Below, one piece after another: positions 9,964-19,357 of a stretch of 64,000 nucleotides of DNA. The stretch spans positions 1,900 through 65,899 of the forward strand of contig JAISWH010000145.1 of the NCBI GenBank assembly GCA_031271125.1. The letters run 5' to 3'. The DNA comes from Dysgonamonadaceae bacterium (GTDB lineage Bacteria; Bacteroidota; Bacteroidia; Bacteroidales; Azobacteroidaceae). The stretch's first letter is position 1. Every line of letters starts with the position of its first letter. The notes under the pieces are model-generated. The model was not told the origin of the DNA and searched no databases. It saw only the letters and a list, made by a program, of their open reading frames with translations. The position numbers were made by a program, and so were the translations under genes.

Positions 9964-10608
9964 ATGAAGAAAATTATAACTATACTAGTTTTAAGCACCG
10001 CCCTTTTTACACCAGCTATGTCCCAAAAAGACGCGAAAGCGAAGGAATTATTGGATAAATCGTCGGTAGCCCTTGAGCAGGCCGGTGACGTTTCGGCTTA
10101 TTTCACGCTGAATATCAAAGACGAAATAAACAAGGCAAGTCAGGCTTTCGACGGAACCATTCTGATGAAAGGGAATAAATTCAAAATTGATACGCCCGAC
10201 CAAAATATTTATTTCGACGGGAAAACGCAATGGATTTACCGGAAATCCTACGAAGAAGTGAACGTTACCCAGCCCGCCAGCGAGGAAATTCAAGCCTTGA
10301 ATCCCAAATCTATTTTTGCAATCTATAAGAAAAATTGCAATTATAAGTATGTGGGAACAAAAACCGACATCAAGATGCGTAAAGTGCAGGAAGTAAATAT
10401 TTTCCCTCAAAAAGGGGAAATTTCTCAAATCACAATACAAATCAATACTACCGACTATTTTCCGGTTTCTTTTCATATTTTTTATAAAAACAAAATCGAA
10501 AATATCATCTATATTAACAAATATCAAACAAAACAAAACTTTTCCGACAGTCAATTTGTTTTCGACAACACACAATATCCTGATGTTGAAATCATTGACT
10601 TGAGGTGA
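9964..10608 (+). CDS. lolA: Outer-membrane lipoprotein carrier LolA-like protein
   Basis: Signal peptide, KGNKF..., YFDGKTQWIY....EVNV, EIIDLR C-terminus; follows ftsK. Confidence 0.85.
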   Translation: MKKIITILVLSTALFTPAMSQKDAKAKELLDKSSVALEQAGDVSAYFTLNIKDEINKASQAFDGTILMKGNKFKIDTPDQNIYFDGKTQWIYRKSYEEVNVTQPASEEIQALNPKSIFAIYKKNCNYKYVGTKTDIKMRKVQEVNIFPQKGEISQITIQINTTDYFPVSFHIFYKNKIENIIYINKYQTKQNFSDSQFVFDNTQYPDVEIIDLR

Positions 10609-10612
10609 GAGA

Positions 10613-10669
10613 TTACCCCCCCTGCCCCCTAAAGGGGGAGTTGGAGTAGTGAGTTTGAAATGGGGGTAA
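10613..10669 (+). repeat. Internally deleted copy of the TTACCCC...GGGGTAA palindromic (REP/MITE-like) element
   Basis: TTACCCCCCCTGCCCCCTAAAGGGGGAGTTGGAGTAGTGAGTTTGAAATGGGGGTAA; aligns with the left half of 11626-11712. Confidence 0.8.
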
Positions 10670-10699
10670 AAATAACAGAAGTAATTCTCAATTAAAAAC

Positions 10700-11683
10700 A
10701 TGGAAAAAGTAAAATGTTTAATTATCGGCTCAGGCCCAGCGGGTTACACAGCCGCCATCTATGCTTCCCGCGCCAATTTATCTCCGGTTTTGTATGAAGG
10801 GATTCAACCCGGAGGACAATTGACAACTACGAATGAAATCGAAAATTTCCCAGGATATCCCGACGGAGTGAGCGGTTTGGAAATGATGGAAGACCTGAAA
10901 AAACAAGCCCTCCGGTTTGGCGCCGACATTCGTCCGGGCATTGCCACCGGTTGTGATTTATCAAAATCGCCATACAAAATAATCATAGATGGCGAAAAAC
11001 AAATCGAAACGGAAACACTGATTATTTGTACCGGTGCGAGCGCCAAATACTTAGGAATTCCCGACGAAACCAAATACGCCGGAATGGGCATTTCGGCCTG
11101 CGCCGTTTGCGACGGATTTTTTTACCGCAAAAAAACCGTTGCTATCGTCGGCGGCGGCGACACTGCTTGCGAAGAAGCCGTTTATCTGGCCGGATTAGCG
11201 GAAAAAGTGTATATGATTGTTCGGAAAGATCATTTGCGCGCCGCACAAATCATGCAGGACAGGATATTGAATCATCCGAAAATAGAAATATTGTTCAACA
11301 CGAATACCTTGGGATTATTCGGGGAAAAAACGGTGGAAGGCGCTCATTTAGTGCGGCGCGCAGGCACGCCGCAAGAAGAAAAATTCGACATTGCCATCGA
11401 TGGATTTTTCTTGGCTATCGGACATACGCCCAATTCCACTGTTTTCAAAGACTATCTGGAATTAGACGAAACAGGCTATATCAAAACGAAGGGAAGAAGT
11501 ACTAAAACAGCGATTCCGGGCGTCTTTGCAGCCGGCGACGTCGCCGATCCGTATTACAGGCAAGCGGTTACCGCGGCTGGAAGCGGCTGTATTGCAGCGA
11601 TTGAAGCGGAAAGATATTTGGTAAATTACCCCCAGCCCCCTGAAGGGGGAGTTGGGGCAGCGAGTATGAATATGTTGCTGTGA
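10700..11683 (+). CDS. trxB: Thioredoxin-disulfide reductase
   Basis: IIGSGPAGYTAAIY, CAVC redox motif, GGGDTA, GVFAAGDV. The C-terminal tail YPQPPEGGVGAASMNMLL is encoded by the repeat element. Confidence 0.97.
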   Translation: MEKVKCLIIGSGPAGYTAAIYASRANLSPVLYEGIQPGGQLTTTNEIENFPGYPDGVSGLEMMEDLKKQALRFGADIRPGIATGCDLSKSPYKIIIDGEKQIETETLIICTGASAKYLGIPDETKYAGMGISACAVCDGFFYRKKTVAIVGGGDTACEEAVYLAGLAEKVYMIVRKDHLRAAQIMQDRILNHPKIEILFNTNTLGLFGEKTVEGAHLVRRAGTPQEEKFDIAIDGFFLAIGHTPNSTVFKDYLELDETGYIKTKGRSTKTAIPGVFAAGDVADPYYRQAVTAAGSGCIAAIEAERYLVNYPQPPEGGVGAASMNMLL

Positions 11684-11712
11684 CAATCCCCCCGCAGGGG
11701 GTTAAGGGGTAA
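11626..11712 (+). mobile_element. 87 bp palindromic REP/MITE-like element overlapping the trxB 3' end
   Basis: TTACCCCCAGCCCCCTGAAGGGGG...CCCCCCGCAGGGGGTTAAGGGGTAA, with terminal inverted repeats and internal hairpins; homologous copy at 27498-27585 on the other strand. Confidence 0.8.
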
Positions 11713-11749
11713 TATGAAATAAACAAATAAAAAATTAATACTATAAAAT

Positions 11750-12697
11750 ATGCCGGTCAATATACCCTATAATTTACCAGCCGTTGAGATTCTCAAAAAA
11801 GAAAATATTTTTGTGATGGACAACTTACGCGCTTCTACTCAGGACATTCGTCCCCTGAAAGTAGCGTTGTTGAATCTCATGCCTGTAAAAATCGTAACCG
11901 AAACGGATTTTGTGCGTTTGCTTTCCAACAGTCCGCTTCAAGTAGAAGTGGATTTGGTAAAAATGAAAACGCATGAAAGCAAGCATACGCCTCCGGAACA
12001 TTTGGCTACTTTTTACAGGAATTTTGATGATATTCGCAAGGAAAATTACGATGGAATGATTATCACGGGAGCTCCTGTCGAAACACTTGATTTTGAGGAT
12101 GTAACCTATTGGAAAGAATTGACGGAAATAATGGATTGGGCTGCCGGGCACGTCACCTCGACTTTGTACATTTGCTGGGGAGCGCAAGCCGGTTTGTACC
12201 ATTTTCACGGGATTAACAAATATCCTTTGGATAAGAAAAAATTCGGCATATTCAAACATACGCTTAATCATCCGGGCATATCGCTTTTTCGCGGATTTGA
12301 CGACGAATTTTATGTGCCTCACAGCCGGCATACCGAAATCCGCCGGGAAGATATTCTTAAAAATCCCGCGTTAAGTCTGCTTTCCGAATCGGCGGAAGCC
12401 GGCGTTTACCTCGTCATGTCGCGCGGCGGACGGGAAATTTTCCTCACCGGACATTCCGAATACGCTCCCGAAACTTTGCATCACGAATACAAACGCGACC
12501 TTGCCAAAGGTCTTCCGATCGAAATGCCGGTCAATTATTACAAGGACAACGATTCCGGAAAAGAAATTTGTGTACGGTGGCGCGCTCATGCCCATCTCAT
12601 GTTCAAAAATTGGCTGAATTATTATGTTTATCAGGCTACTCCTTTCGATCCGAAGGAAATAGAACTGTTGGGGACATTATATAATTACGAATTATGA
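11750..12697 (+). CDS. metA: MetA-family homoserine O-acyltransferase, probably acetyl-CoA specific
   Basis: LNLMP, ITGAPVE (Glu at the specificity position, acetyl type), [25 protein letters not shown]. Confidence 0.95.
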   Translation: MPVNIPYNLPAVEILKKENIFVMDNLRASTQDIRPLKVALLNLMPVKIVTETDFVRLLSNSPLQVEVDLVKMKTHESKHTPPEHLATFYRNFDDIRKENYDGMIITGAPVETLDFEDVTYWKELTEIMDWAAGHVTSTLYICWGAQAGLYHFHGINKYPLDKKKFGIFKHTLNHPGISLFRGFDDEFYVPHSRHTEIRREDILKNPALSLLSESAEAGVYLVMSRGGREIFLTGHSEYAPETLHHEYKRDLAKGLPIEMPVNYYKDNDSGKEICVRWRAHAHLMFKNWLNYYVYQATPFDPKEIELLGTLYNYEL

Positions 12698-12703
12698 ATT
12701 ACG
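12683..12703 (+). repeat. AATTACG-type heptamer x3 overlapping the metA stop
   Basis: AATTACG AATTATG AATTACG; same unit as at 48074-48148. Confidence 0.65.
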
Positions 12704-12728
12704 AGATTATTCGTTTACTTATAAAAAT

Positions 12729-13565
12729 ATGGAAAAAAGATACCCGACAGCATTAACCATTGCAGGTTCCGACAGCGGAGGTTGCGCAGGCATCCAGGCT
12801 GATTTGAAAACATTTTCGGCGTTGGGCGTATTCGGCGCATCGGTCATCACTGCCGTCACCGCTCAGAATACGCAAGAAGTAAGAGCCATCGAAACGATGT
12901 CGCCGGCGATTGTTCGCCAACAAGCCGAAGCCGTATTGGATGATATGACCGTCGACGCCCTCAAAACCGGTATGCTTCCTACTCCCGAAATTATCGAAAC
13001 CGTTGCATCCGTTATCGATCGTTACAATTTGAAAAATGTGATTGTCGATCCGGTAATGGTGGCAACCAGCGGTGCACGCCTGACGGATTCCGGTATCACC
13101 GAAGCCTTCCGTAAATATCTGTTTACAAGGTCGATGCTTATCACCCCGAATATTTCCGAAGCGGAAACGCTTTCCGGAATCACGATTCAAACGGAAGCCG
13201 ATTTTCAAAAAGCGGCGGAAATCATGATCGAACAAGGTTGCCGTGCGGTTTTGATCAAAGGCGGACATTTTTTGAAAGAAAAATCAACGGACATACTTTT
13301 CAGTCCTCAAAAAAAAACAGGCGCCGTTTTCAATTTAACTCGTATCGAGTCTAAAAATCTGCACGGCACAGGCTGCACTTTATCTTCGTCCATTGCCGCA
13401 TATCTCGCATTGGGCAGGGATTTGGAAGACGCCGTCCGGCTTGCAAAAGCGTATACTTATTTTGCTATCCGAAACGGACGCATGTTAATTACAGGAAAAG
13501 GTTATGGCCCGGTAAATCATTTCTTTAATCCGAAACGGATGAAGAAACTGAAAATTGAAAACTAA
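12729..13565 (+). CDS. thiD: Hydroxymethylpyrimidine/phosphomethylpyrimidine kinase
   Basis: [46 protein letters not shown]. Confidence 0.96.
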   Translation: MEKRYPTALTIAGSDSGGCAGIQADLKTFSALGVFGASVITAVTAQNTQEVRAIETMSPAIVRQQAEAVLDDMTVDALKTGMLPTPEIIETVASVIDRYNLKNVIVDPVMVATSGARLTDSGITEAFRKYLFTRSMLITPNISEAETLSGITIQTEADFQKAAEIMIEQGCRAVLIKGGHFLKEKSTDILFSPQKKTGAVFNLTRIESKNLHGTGCTLSSSIAAYLALGRDLEDAVRLAKAYTYFAIRNGRMLITGKGYGPVNHFFNPKRMKKLKIEN

Positions 13566-13569
13566 ACGT

Positions 13570-13770
13570 ATGGAAGTGATATTAAATGATAAACCGTATG
13601 CGGTGGAAGACAACACGACGCTCGCCGCTTTTGTCGCAAGCCTGAATTTAAAACCGGAAGGCATCGCGATTGCTATTAATTACAATGTCGTCCCGAAAGA
13701 CCAATGGAAAAAAACGATTCTGACGGACAAGATGGAACTGATGTTAATCCATGCCGTATCGGGAGGATAA
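13570..13770 (+). CDS. thiS: Thiamine biosynthesis sulfur carrier ThiS
   Basis: 66 aa ubiquitin-like protein ending in GG, GIAIAINYNVVP. Confidence 0.93.
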   Translation: MEVILNDKPYAVEDNTTLAAFVASLNLKPEGIAIAINYNVVPKDQWKKTILTDKMELMLIHAVSGG

Positions 13771-13773
13771 GCG

Positions 13774-15009
13774 ATGAAATTAATTATTATCACAACAGAG
13801 CATTTTTATGAAGGAGAAGCTCCTGCCCTGAACGCCTTGTTTGAGCGGGGAATGGAAACCTTACATCTGCGAAAACCCGCTTCAACGGAGGTCGAATTAA
13901 AAAATCTGATCCGGCAAATCGACGAACGGTTTCACGACCGGATTGTTTTGCACGACCATTTCCCGCTGATAAATACGTTCCGTCTGAAAGGCATTCATCT
14001 GAACGGCCGGAATCCCGAACGACCGGCGCGGGTCGCGTGTTCGCTTTCCCGTTCCTGCCACTCCATCCGGGAATTGGAAAACATCACCGGATTTGACTAT
14101 GTTTTTCTTAGTCCGGTTTTTGACAGCATTTCCAAAACCGGTTATACGCAGGCTTTCACTTCGGAAGATTTATTCAATGCCGGATCTGCCGGATTAATCC
14201 GCAAACAAGTCGTTGCCTTAGGCGGAATTGGCCGGGAAAATATCTCTATTGTAGGCAAATACGGATTCGGAGGTGTAGCCGTAATAGGCGCTTTATGGGG
14301 AAATTTTCCGGAAGACAAAAACGAAAATGCCCTCAGTGAACGATTCGACCTGCTACAAGCGGCTTGCAGAAGAGCCGGCTTGCAGGAAGGCGGACTGTTA
14401 TTCATCACGCATCAAACCGAACGTTATACCTGTCTTCAATCGGTAGAAATCGCATTGAAAGGCGGTTGCCGCATGATTCAACTTCGCATGAAAGAAGCGC
14501 CGCTTCAGGAAGTCGAACAAACGGGAATTATCGCTAATGAACTTTGCCGGCAATACGGAGCCGATCTTTACATCGACGACCATGTGGAAATCTGCCGGCG
14601 AATCGGCGCCGCAGGCGTCCATCTGGGGAAATCGGACATGCCGCCCCGTGAAGCCCGCAAAATCTTAGGCAAGAATTTCATTATCGGCGGGACAGCCAAC
14701 ACGTTTGACGATATTCGACGCCTGAACGCCGAAGGTGTGGATTACATCGGGTTAGGTCCTTTCAGGTTTACGACGACGAAGAAAAACTTAAGTCCCGTAC
14801 TCGGCTTATCCGGATACAAACAAATTACGGAACAATGTCGTAATCAAGGAATTAACCTGCCTGTTTTTGCTGTCGGCGGAATCACGGCCAACGATATTCC
14901 CGCATTATTAAACGCGGGCGTAACGGGAATAGCTATGTCTTCAACAATTTTGCAGGCGGAAAATCCGGTGGAAGAAGCGAAAAAAATAGTTTATCACGTC
15001 AAGCCTTAA
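13774..15009 (+). CDS. thiE: Tandem TenI/ThiE-like + ThiE thiamine-phosphate synthase fusion
   Basis: N-half LHLRKP, SCHS, DYVFLSPVF, ALGGI; C-half IQLRMK, IDDH, GVHLGKSD, DYIGLGPFRFTTTK, AVGGI. Confidence 0.9.
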   Translation: MKLIIITTEHFYEGEAPALNALFERGMETLHLRKPASTEVELKNLIRQIDERFHDRIVLHDHFPLINTFRLKGIHLNGRNPERPARVACSLSRSCHSIRELENITGFDYVFLSPVFDSISKTGYTQAFTSEDLFNAGSAGLIRKQVVALGGIGRENISIVGKYGFGGVAVIGALWGNFPEDKNENALSERFDLLQAACRRAGLQEGGLLFITHQTERYTCLQSVEIALKGGCRMIQLRMKEAPLQEVEQTGIIANELCRQYGADLYIDDHVEICRRIGAAGVHLGKSDMPPREARKILGKNFIIGGTANTFDDIRRLNAEGVDYIGLGPFRFTTTKKNLSPVLGLSGYKQITEQCRNQGINLPVFAVGGITANDIPALLNAGVTGIAMSSTILQAENPVEEAKKIVYHVKP

Positions 15010-15577
15010 CTGCCCCCGCCCGCAAAGCCTTCAGATTCATTTCAACCACATTCTCGCCTTTTCTGCCGAAAATATTCCGTATCCCATTTTCCAATTTGAA
15101 AAAATCAATCGGAAGATACGGCGAGGCAGCTCCCAACAAGATAACATTGCTCGAACGCAAGGCTCCCAAATCTTTGGCTATTTGTTCCACGTCGAGAAGA
15201 ACCGTGTGAGACAGTTTGTCGTACTCCGCCATCACTTTTTCCATATCGGGATAATTGGGGATATTCTCAAAAGGTTTGGAATTGGCGACAATCCAACCGT
15301 CTTTTTTCAAATAAGGCAAATAACGCAAAGCCTCCAACGGTTCGAGGGAAATGATGATATCCGCACTGCCTAAAGGAATTAAGTCGGAAGCCACAGGCCG
15401 GTCGCTGATGCGGAGATGCGACTGCACATCGCCCCCGCGCTGACTCATGCCGTGCACTTCGGATTGTTTCATATAAAGTCCGTCTTCCAAAGCAGCTTCA
15501 CCGATTACCGCCGCAATGGAAAGAATACCTTGACCGCCTACTCCGGTTAATATAATGTCTGTTTTCATAATGTTCAT
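14999..15577 (-). CDS. iorB: Indolepyruvate:ferredoxin oxidoreductase beta subunit
   Basis: GVGGQGIL, SEVHGMSQRGG; start at 15577 (ATGA overlap with the iorA stop) or 15568. Confidence 0.93.
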   Translation of the reverse strand: MNIMKTDIILTGVGGQGILSIAAVIGEAALEDGLYMKQSEVHGMSQRGGDVQSHLRISDRPVASDLIPLGSADIIISLEPLEALRYLPYLKKDGWIVANSKPFENIPNYPDMEKVMAEYDKLSHTVLLDVEQIAKDLGALRSSNVILLGAASPYLPIDFFKLENGIRNIFGRKGENVVEMNLKALRAGAVKA

Positions 15578-17244
15578 GATTTTTTCCGCACTTTCCGCGC
15601 ATGTGTTTGAATACATTCCCTGCAAGGAACAATGACCGAAACACCTTGATATTCAATTTCTTTTCGTATTATCGCTTTGAGTTCTTCGTGATTTTTTTTC
15701 AGAGGGACAATGGCATGTAAATGGTCGGGATGAACACCGATACCTTTGCAAATATCATGAATCCTTCCGGTAGCCGCCGAATCCTGACCGCCCGTCATGC
15801 CTGTCGTCTCATTATCGGAAATAATAATCAGCACATTCGCATTCGCATTGACGCAATCCAGCAAACCGGTCATGCCGGAATGGGTGAAAGTCGAGTCGCC
15901 GATAACCGCTACAGAGGGGAAAATCCCGGCGTCGGCTGCACCTCGCGCCATGGTAATGGATGCGCCCATATCTATACAAGAATCAATAGCTTGCCATGGC
16001 GGTAAAGCGCCCAAAGTATAACATCCGATGTCGCTAAAAATCTTAGCGTCTTTGTATTCTTTAAGCGCCTCATTCAAAGCGTCGTAGACATCACGATGAC
16101 CGCAGCCGGCGCAGAGGGCGGGCGGTCTAGGGGCAATTATTTCCGGCACATTATACGGAGCATTTACTTCCAGGCCAAGGGCTTTCCTGACTTTGTCGGG
16201 GGTGAGTTCGCCATCGCGTTGCAGCGTTCCATCCAAGCGTCCGTGAACTTTCAAACCGATTCCCAAATAGCCTTTTAACTGTTCTTCTACCACAGGGAAA
16301 CCATCTTCCAAAACCAGGATTTCATCGCAGGCTTCCGCCAATTGCAGCAGCTGTTTTTGGGGTAACGGGTATTGGCTGATTTTCAGTACCGGATTTTCAA
16401 AACCATTGGGAAAATTCTCTTGTAGATAGTTGAAGGCAAGGCCGCAGGCGACGATGCCTACACCCCCCATCCCCACCGAAGGGGGGGCGACTTCGGTTGA
16501 AAAAGTCGGAAAAGTTATTTTCCCCGAAGTCCCCCCTTTGGAGGGGTGCGGGCTAAACCAATTATACTTGGAATTTTCCGACGCTTCCAGAAACGCTTTT
16601 TGTTTCTCAATTAATATCTTAAAACGGTTTCTCGCGTTAGCGGGCAACAGGATATATTTCGATTTTGCTTCTTTTTCCAATCGAATGGGATTTTGCGGTT
16701 TCTTGTCCCGTGTGACAATACCTGCACGGGAATGTGCCATACGAGTCGTTATACGGAGCAGAATCGGATAACCCAGTTTTTCCGATAAATCATAACCTTC
16801 GTAAACCATGTCGTAGGCTTCCTGTTGGTTGGACGGTTCGAATACCGGTATCATGGCAAAGTTCCCATATACCCGGTTATCCTGTTCACTTTGAGAAGAA
16901 TGCATGGAAGGATCGTCGGCTGTGACAATAATCATTCCTCCGTTAATTCCCGTCATGGCGATGTTCATGAAAGCATCGGCAGCCACATTCAGTCCCACGT
17001 GCTTCATACACGAAAGCGTCCGTTTGCCGGCGTACGACATGCCCAAAGCCGTTTCCAAGGCCGTCTTTTCATTGCTGCACCACACGGCGTGTAAAAACGG
17101 AATATGCTCCTTCTTCACAGCGTTTTGAATATATTCGGTGATTTCCGTCGAAGGTGTTCCGGGATAAGAATAAACACCGGACAAACCGGCGTCAATAGCA
17201 GCTTGAGCAATGGCTTCGTCACCTAAAAAAAGTTGTTTGTTCAT
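15574..17244 (-). CDS. iorA: Indolepyruvate:ferredoxin oxidoreductase alpha subunit (carries an in-frame repeat insertion)
   Basis: YPGTPSTEI, NEKTA, MKHVGLNVAAD, RPPALCAGCGH, DIGCYTLG, TPP motif GDSTF..SG...N. Confidence 0.95.
   Translation of the reverse strand: MNKQLFLGDEAIAQAAIDAGLSGVYSYPGTPSTEITEYIQNAVKKEHIPFLHAVWCSNEKTALETALGMSYAGKRTLSCMKHVGLNVAADAFMNIAMTGINGGMIIVTADDPSMHSSQSEQDNRVYGNFAMIPVFEPSNQQEAYDMVYEGYDLSEKLGYPILLRITTRMAHSRAGIVTRDKKPQNPIRLEKEAKSKYILLPANARNRFKILIEKQKAFLEASENSKYNWFSPHPSKGGTSGKITFPTFSTEVAPPSVGMGGVGIVACGLAFNYLQENFPNGFENPVLKISQYPLPQKQLLQLAEACDEILVLEDGFPVVEEQLKGYLGIGLKVHGRLDGTLQRDGELTPDKVRKALGLEVNAPYNVPEIIAPRPPALCAGCGHRDVYDALNEALKEYKDAKIFSDIGCYTLGALPPWQAIDSCIDMGASITMARGAADAGIFPSVAVIGDSTFTHSGMTGLLDCVNANANVLIIISDNETTGMTGGQDSAATGRIHDICKGIGVHPDHLHAIVPLKKNHEELKAIIRKEIEYQGVSVIVPCRECIQTHARKVRKKS
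16462..16552. repeat. ~91 bp palindromic element inserted in-frame within iorA
   Basis: ACCCCCCATCCCCACCGAAGGGGGGGC-GACTTCGG...CCGAAGTC-CCCCCTTTGGAGGGGTGCGGG; translated as SPHPSKGGTSGKITFPTFSTEVAPPSVGMGGV. Confidence 0.8.
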
Positions 17245-17418
17245 GACCGTTTAATATGATATATACTAATGTAAATATTTCCATTGAGAAATCGTATTAC
17301 AAAATTAGATGAAAAATCTCGGTTTTCCAAGCACGTGCAAATGAAAAAAGTTTTTTTACAGAGGAAAGATAATAAAAAAATTTTTGTACTTTTCATTACA
17401 GAATACTATTTTTGTAGC

Positions 17419-18012
17419 ATGAAACAACTTTATATATCATTAATCCTTTTTATTTTTTGCGCTTTCGGCACAAAAACAGCAGCTCAGAATTCTTTCAAAT
17501 CGAGTATTCCGGCTTATGCCGTAGATGGAGGAGATTCTATAAAAACGCTGGTTATGAATGATATATATGTTTATCCGCCTCAAGTATACAGGCGTTTTTC
17601 GGAAGACGCAAAATATCAGAAAATGGTGCGGGATGTAAAAAAAACTTTGCCTTATGCCAAAATGATTTATGCAACGCTTATCGAAACATACGAATACATA
17701 ATGACTATGCCGACTGAGGAAGAACGGCGAAAACATTTGTCCCGCATGGAAGACGATCTATTTAAAGAATATAAGCCGGTGCTCAAAAAGATGACCCTGT
17801 CTCAGGGAAAACTGTTGATAAAATTGATAGATCGCGAGTGTAACCAAACTTCCTACAATTTGGTAAAAGCTTTTTTAGGCCCTTTTCGCGCAGGATTTTG
17901 GAATATTTTTGCCGGAATGTTTGGGGCCAGCCTTAAATCGAACTGGGACCCCAAAGGCAAAGATGCCGCTACCGAGCGGATTATAGAAATGCTTGAAATG
18001 GGCGTGCTTTAG
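17419..18012 (+). CDS. DUF4294-family secreted protein
   Basis: Signal peptide, VRDVKKTLPYAK, SQGKLLIKLIDREC, AGFWN.FA..FGASLK; -7 box TATTTTTG at 17407-17414. Confidence 0.8.
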   Translation: MKQLYISLILFIFCAFGTKTAAQNSFKSSIPAYAVDGGDSIKTLVMNDIYVYPPQVYRRFSEDAKYQKMVRDVKKTLPYAKMIYATLIETYEYIMTMPTEEERRKHLSRMEDDLFKEYKPVLKKMTLSQGKLLIKLIDRECNQTSYNLVKAFLGPFRAGFWNIFAGMFGASLKSNWDPKGKDAATERIIEMLEMGVL

Positions 18013-18035
18013 GCATTGTCACAAAATAAACAGTA

Positions 18036-19355
18036 CTATTTCCCGCTAAAATTGACTTTATCGAACAAAACACAAGGAATCCGCCAACTGGAATTGGTAC
18101 GCGGATCATTCCCGATCTCAAGCACATGACTCCAAAGTGTCAGCAAGTTACCGGTGATATTCATTTCATTTACCGGTTTGACGGCTTTCCCGTTTTCAAT
18201 CAGGAATCCTTCTATTCCGAACGAAAAATCGCCGGTCGTGCTGTTGCTGTTTCCGCCGTTGAATCCGGTTACCCATATTCCTTTGTCGATAGATGTAATT
18301 ATCTGCTCAAGATCGCGAATACCGAGATTCATGGTGAGGATAGACGGCGATTGTATGGTTGGTTCCATATTCAATTTTCCGCTGTAATAAGTATCAATGA
18401 AATACATATCCAAAACGCCGTTTCTGATAATATCGGCCTTGCGGGTAGCCACACCTTCTTCGTCAAACCATCGTGCGCCGCGGGCGTTTTTGATATGCGG
18501 ATCGTCGACAATCGTAATTTTATCCGAAATAATCGGTTGGCCTAATTTGTCGATCAGGAAAGACGATTTTTGTTGAATCGCACTTCCGTACATAGCTGAA
18601 ATTACAGGAGATAATAAACGGCTGATGGATAAATTATCCACAATCATCGGGAAGACGCCGCTTTCGATTTTTTCTTGTCCGAGTTTTCGCAAAGTCCTTT
18701 CGTAAGCGGTTTTACCAATTCCTTGCTTCTGCAGTTTATCCCAATTGATGGCGGAATCGTACCAATAGGATTCGGGGCGCGCGTCGCCGGCTCCTTTCAT
18801 GGAGGTTTCGGCCGAAAGATTGAAATAAGTTGTTTCAGTCTCTCCTTTAAAACCGTTTGACGTAATGTGACAGGAGCTTGCCGTTCCATCGGAATAACCG
18901 GCGGAAACGGAAATCAGGCGTTCATCGGTTTTATAAACTTCGTTTACATTGTTTTTGATTAAAGCCAATTTTTCATCTACCGAAATGTTATCTATATCCT
19001 TATCATACAAGTCCAAACCTTTTCCGTCTCCTTTGTACAGGCGGCTTGGATCGGCCAATTTACGAAATTCGTCTTTGGCTAAAAATCGTGTTGCTTCAAT
19101 CCCGTTGGCAATGAATTTTTCCAATTCTTTTTTATCCAGCCTGTTCGTCGAATATGAAGAATGTCTTCCGTCCACGTAGATCCGGATTGTCATGCCGTTT
19201 CCCGACGATTGTTCCAGTTTATCCAACTGTGTATCCCTGTATTCAAAAGAACTTTCGGTTTCGGAATAAATCCTCACACCGGCATCGGAACAACCTTTGT
19301 CTAACGCGTATTTTAATGCCCATTGGGCTAATTCTTTATGTGCTTGTGAAATCAT
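18036..19355 (-). CDS. pmbA: TldE/PmbA family protein
   Basis: FDEEGV, TGDFSFGIEGFLIENG, EMNITGN; lacks HExxH; directly downstream of tldD. Start at MISQAHK (19355). Confidence 0.9.
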   Translation of the reverse strand: MISQAHKELAQWALKYALDKGCSDAGVRIYSETESSFEYRDTQLDKLEQSSGNGMTIRIYVDGRHSSYSTNRLDKKELEKFIANGIEATRFLAKDEFRKLADPSRLYKGDGKGLDLYDKDIDNISVDEKLALIKNNVNEVYKTDERLISVSAGYSDGTASSCHITSNGFKGETETTYFNLSAETSMKGAGDARPESYWYDSAINWDKLQKQGIGKTAYERTLRKLGQEKIESGVFPMIVDNLSISRLLSPVISAMYGSAIQQKSSFLIDKLGQPIISDKITIVDDPHIKNARGARWFDEEGVATRKADIIRNGVLDMYFIDTYYSGKLNMEPTIQSPSILTMNLGIRDLEQIITSIDKGIWVTGFNGGNSNSTTGDFSFGIEGFLIENGKAVKPVNEMNITGNLLTLWSHVLEIGNDPRTNSSWRIPCVLFDKVNFSGK

Positions 19356-19357
19356 AA

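Noticed and set aside
10613-11712. trxB as cargo of a composite transposon between two palindromic elements
   Set aside because: trxB is a housekeeping gene in an ordinary ftsK/lolA neighbourhood; independent insertions at consecutive gene ends are the simpler explanation.
12698-12728. TPP riboswitch ahead of thiD
   Set aside because: The gap is too short and has no CTGAGA/ACCTG core.
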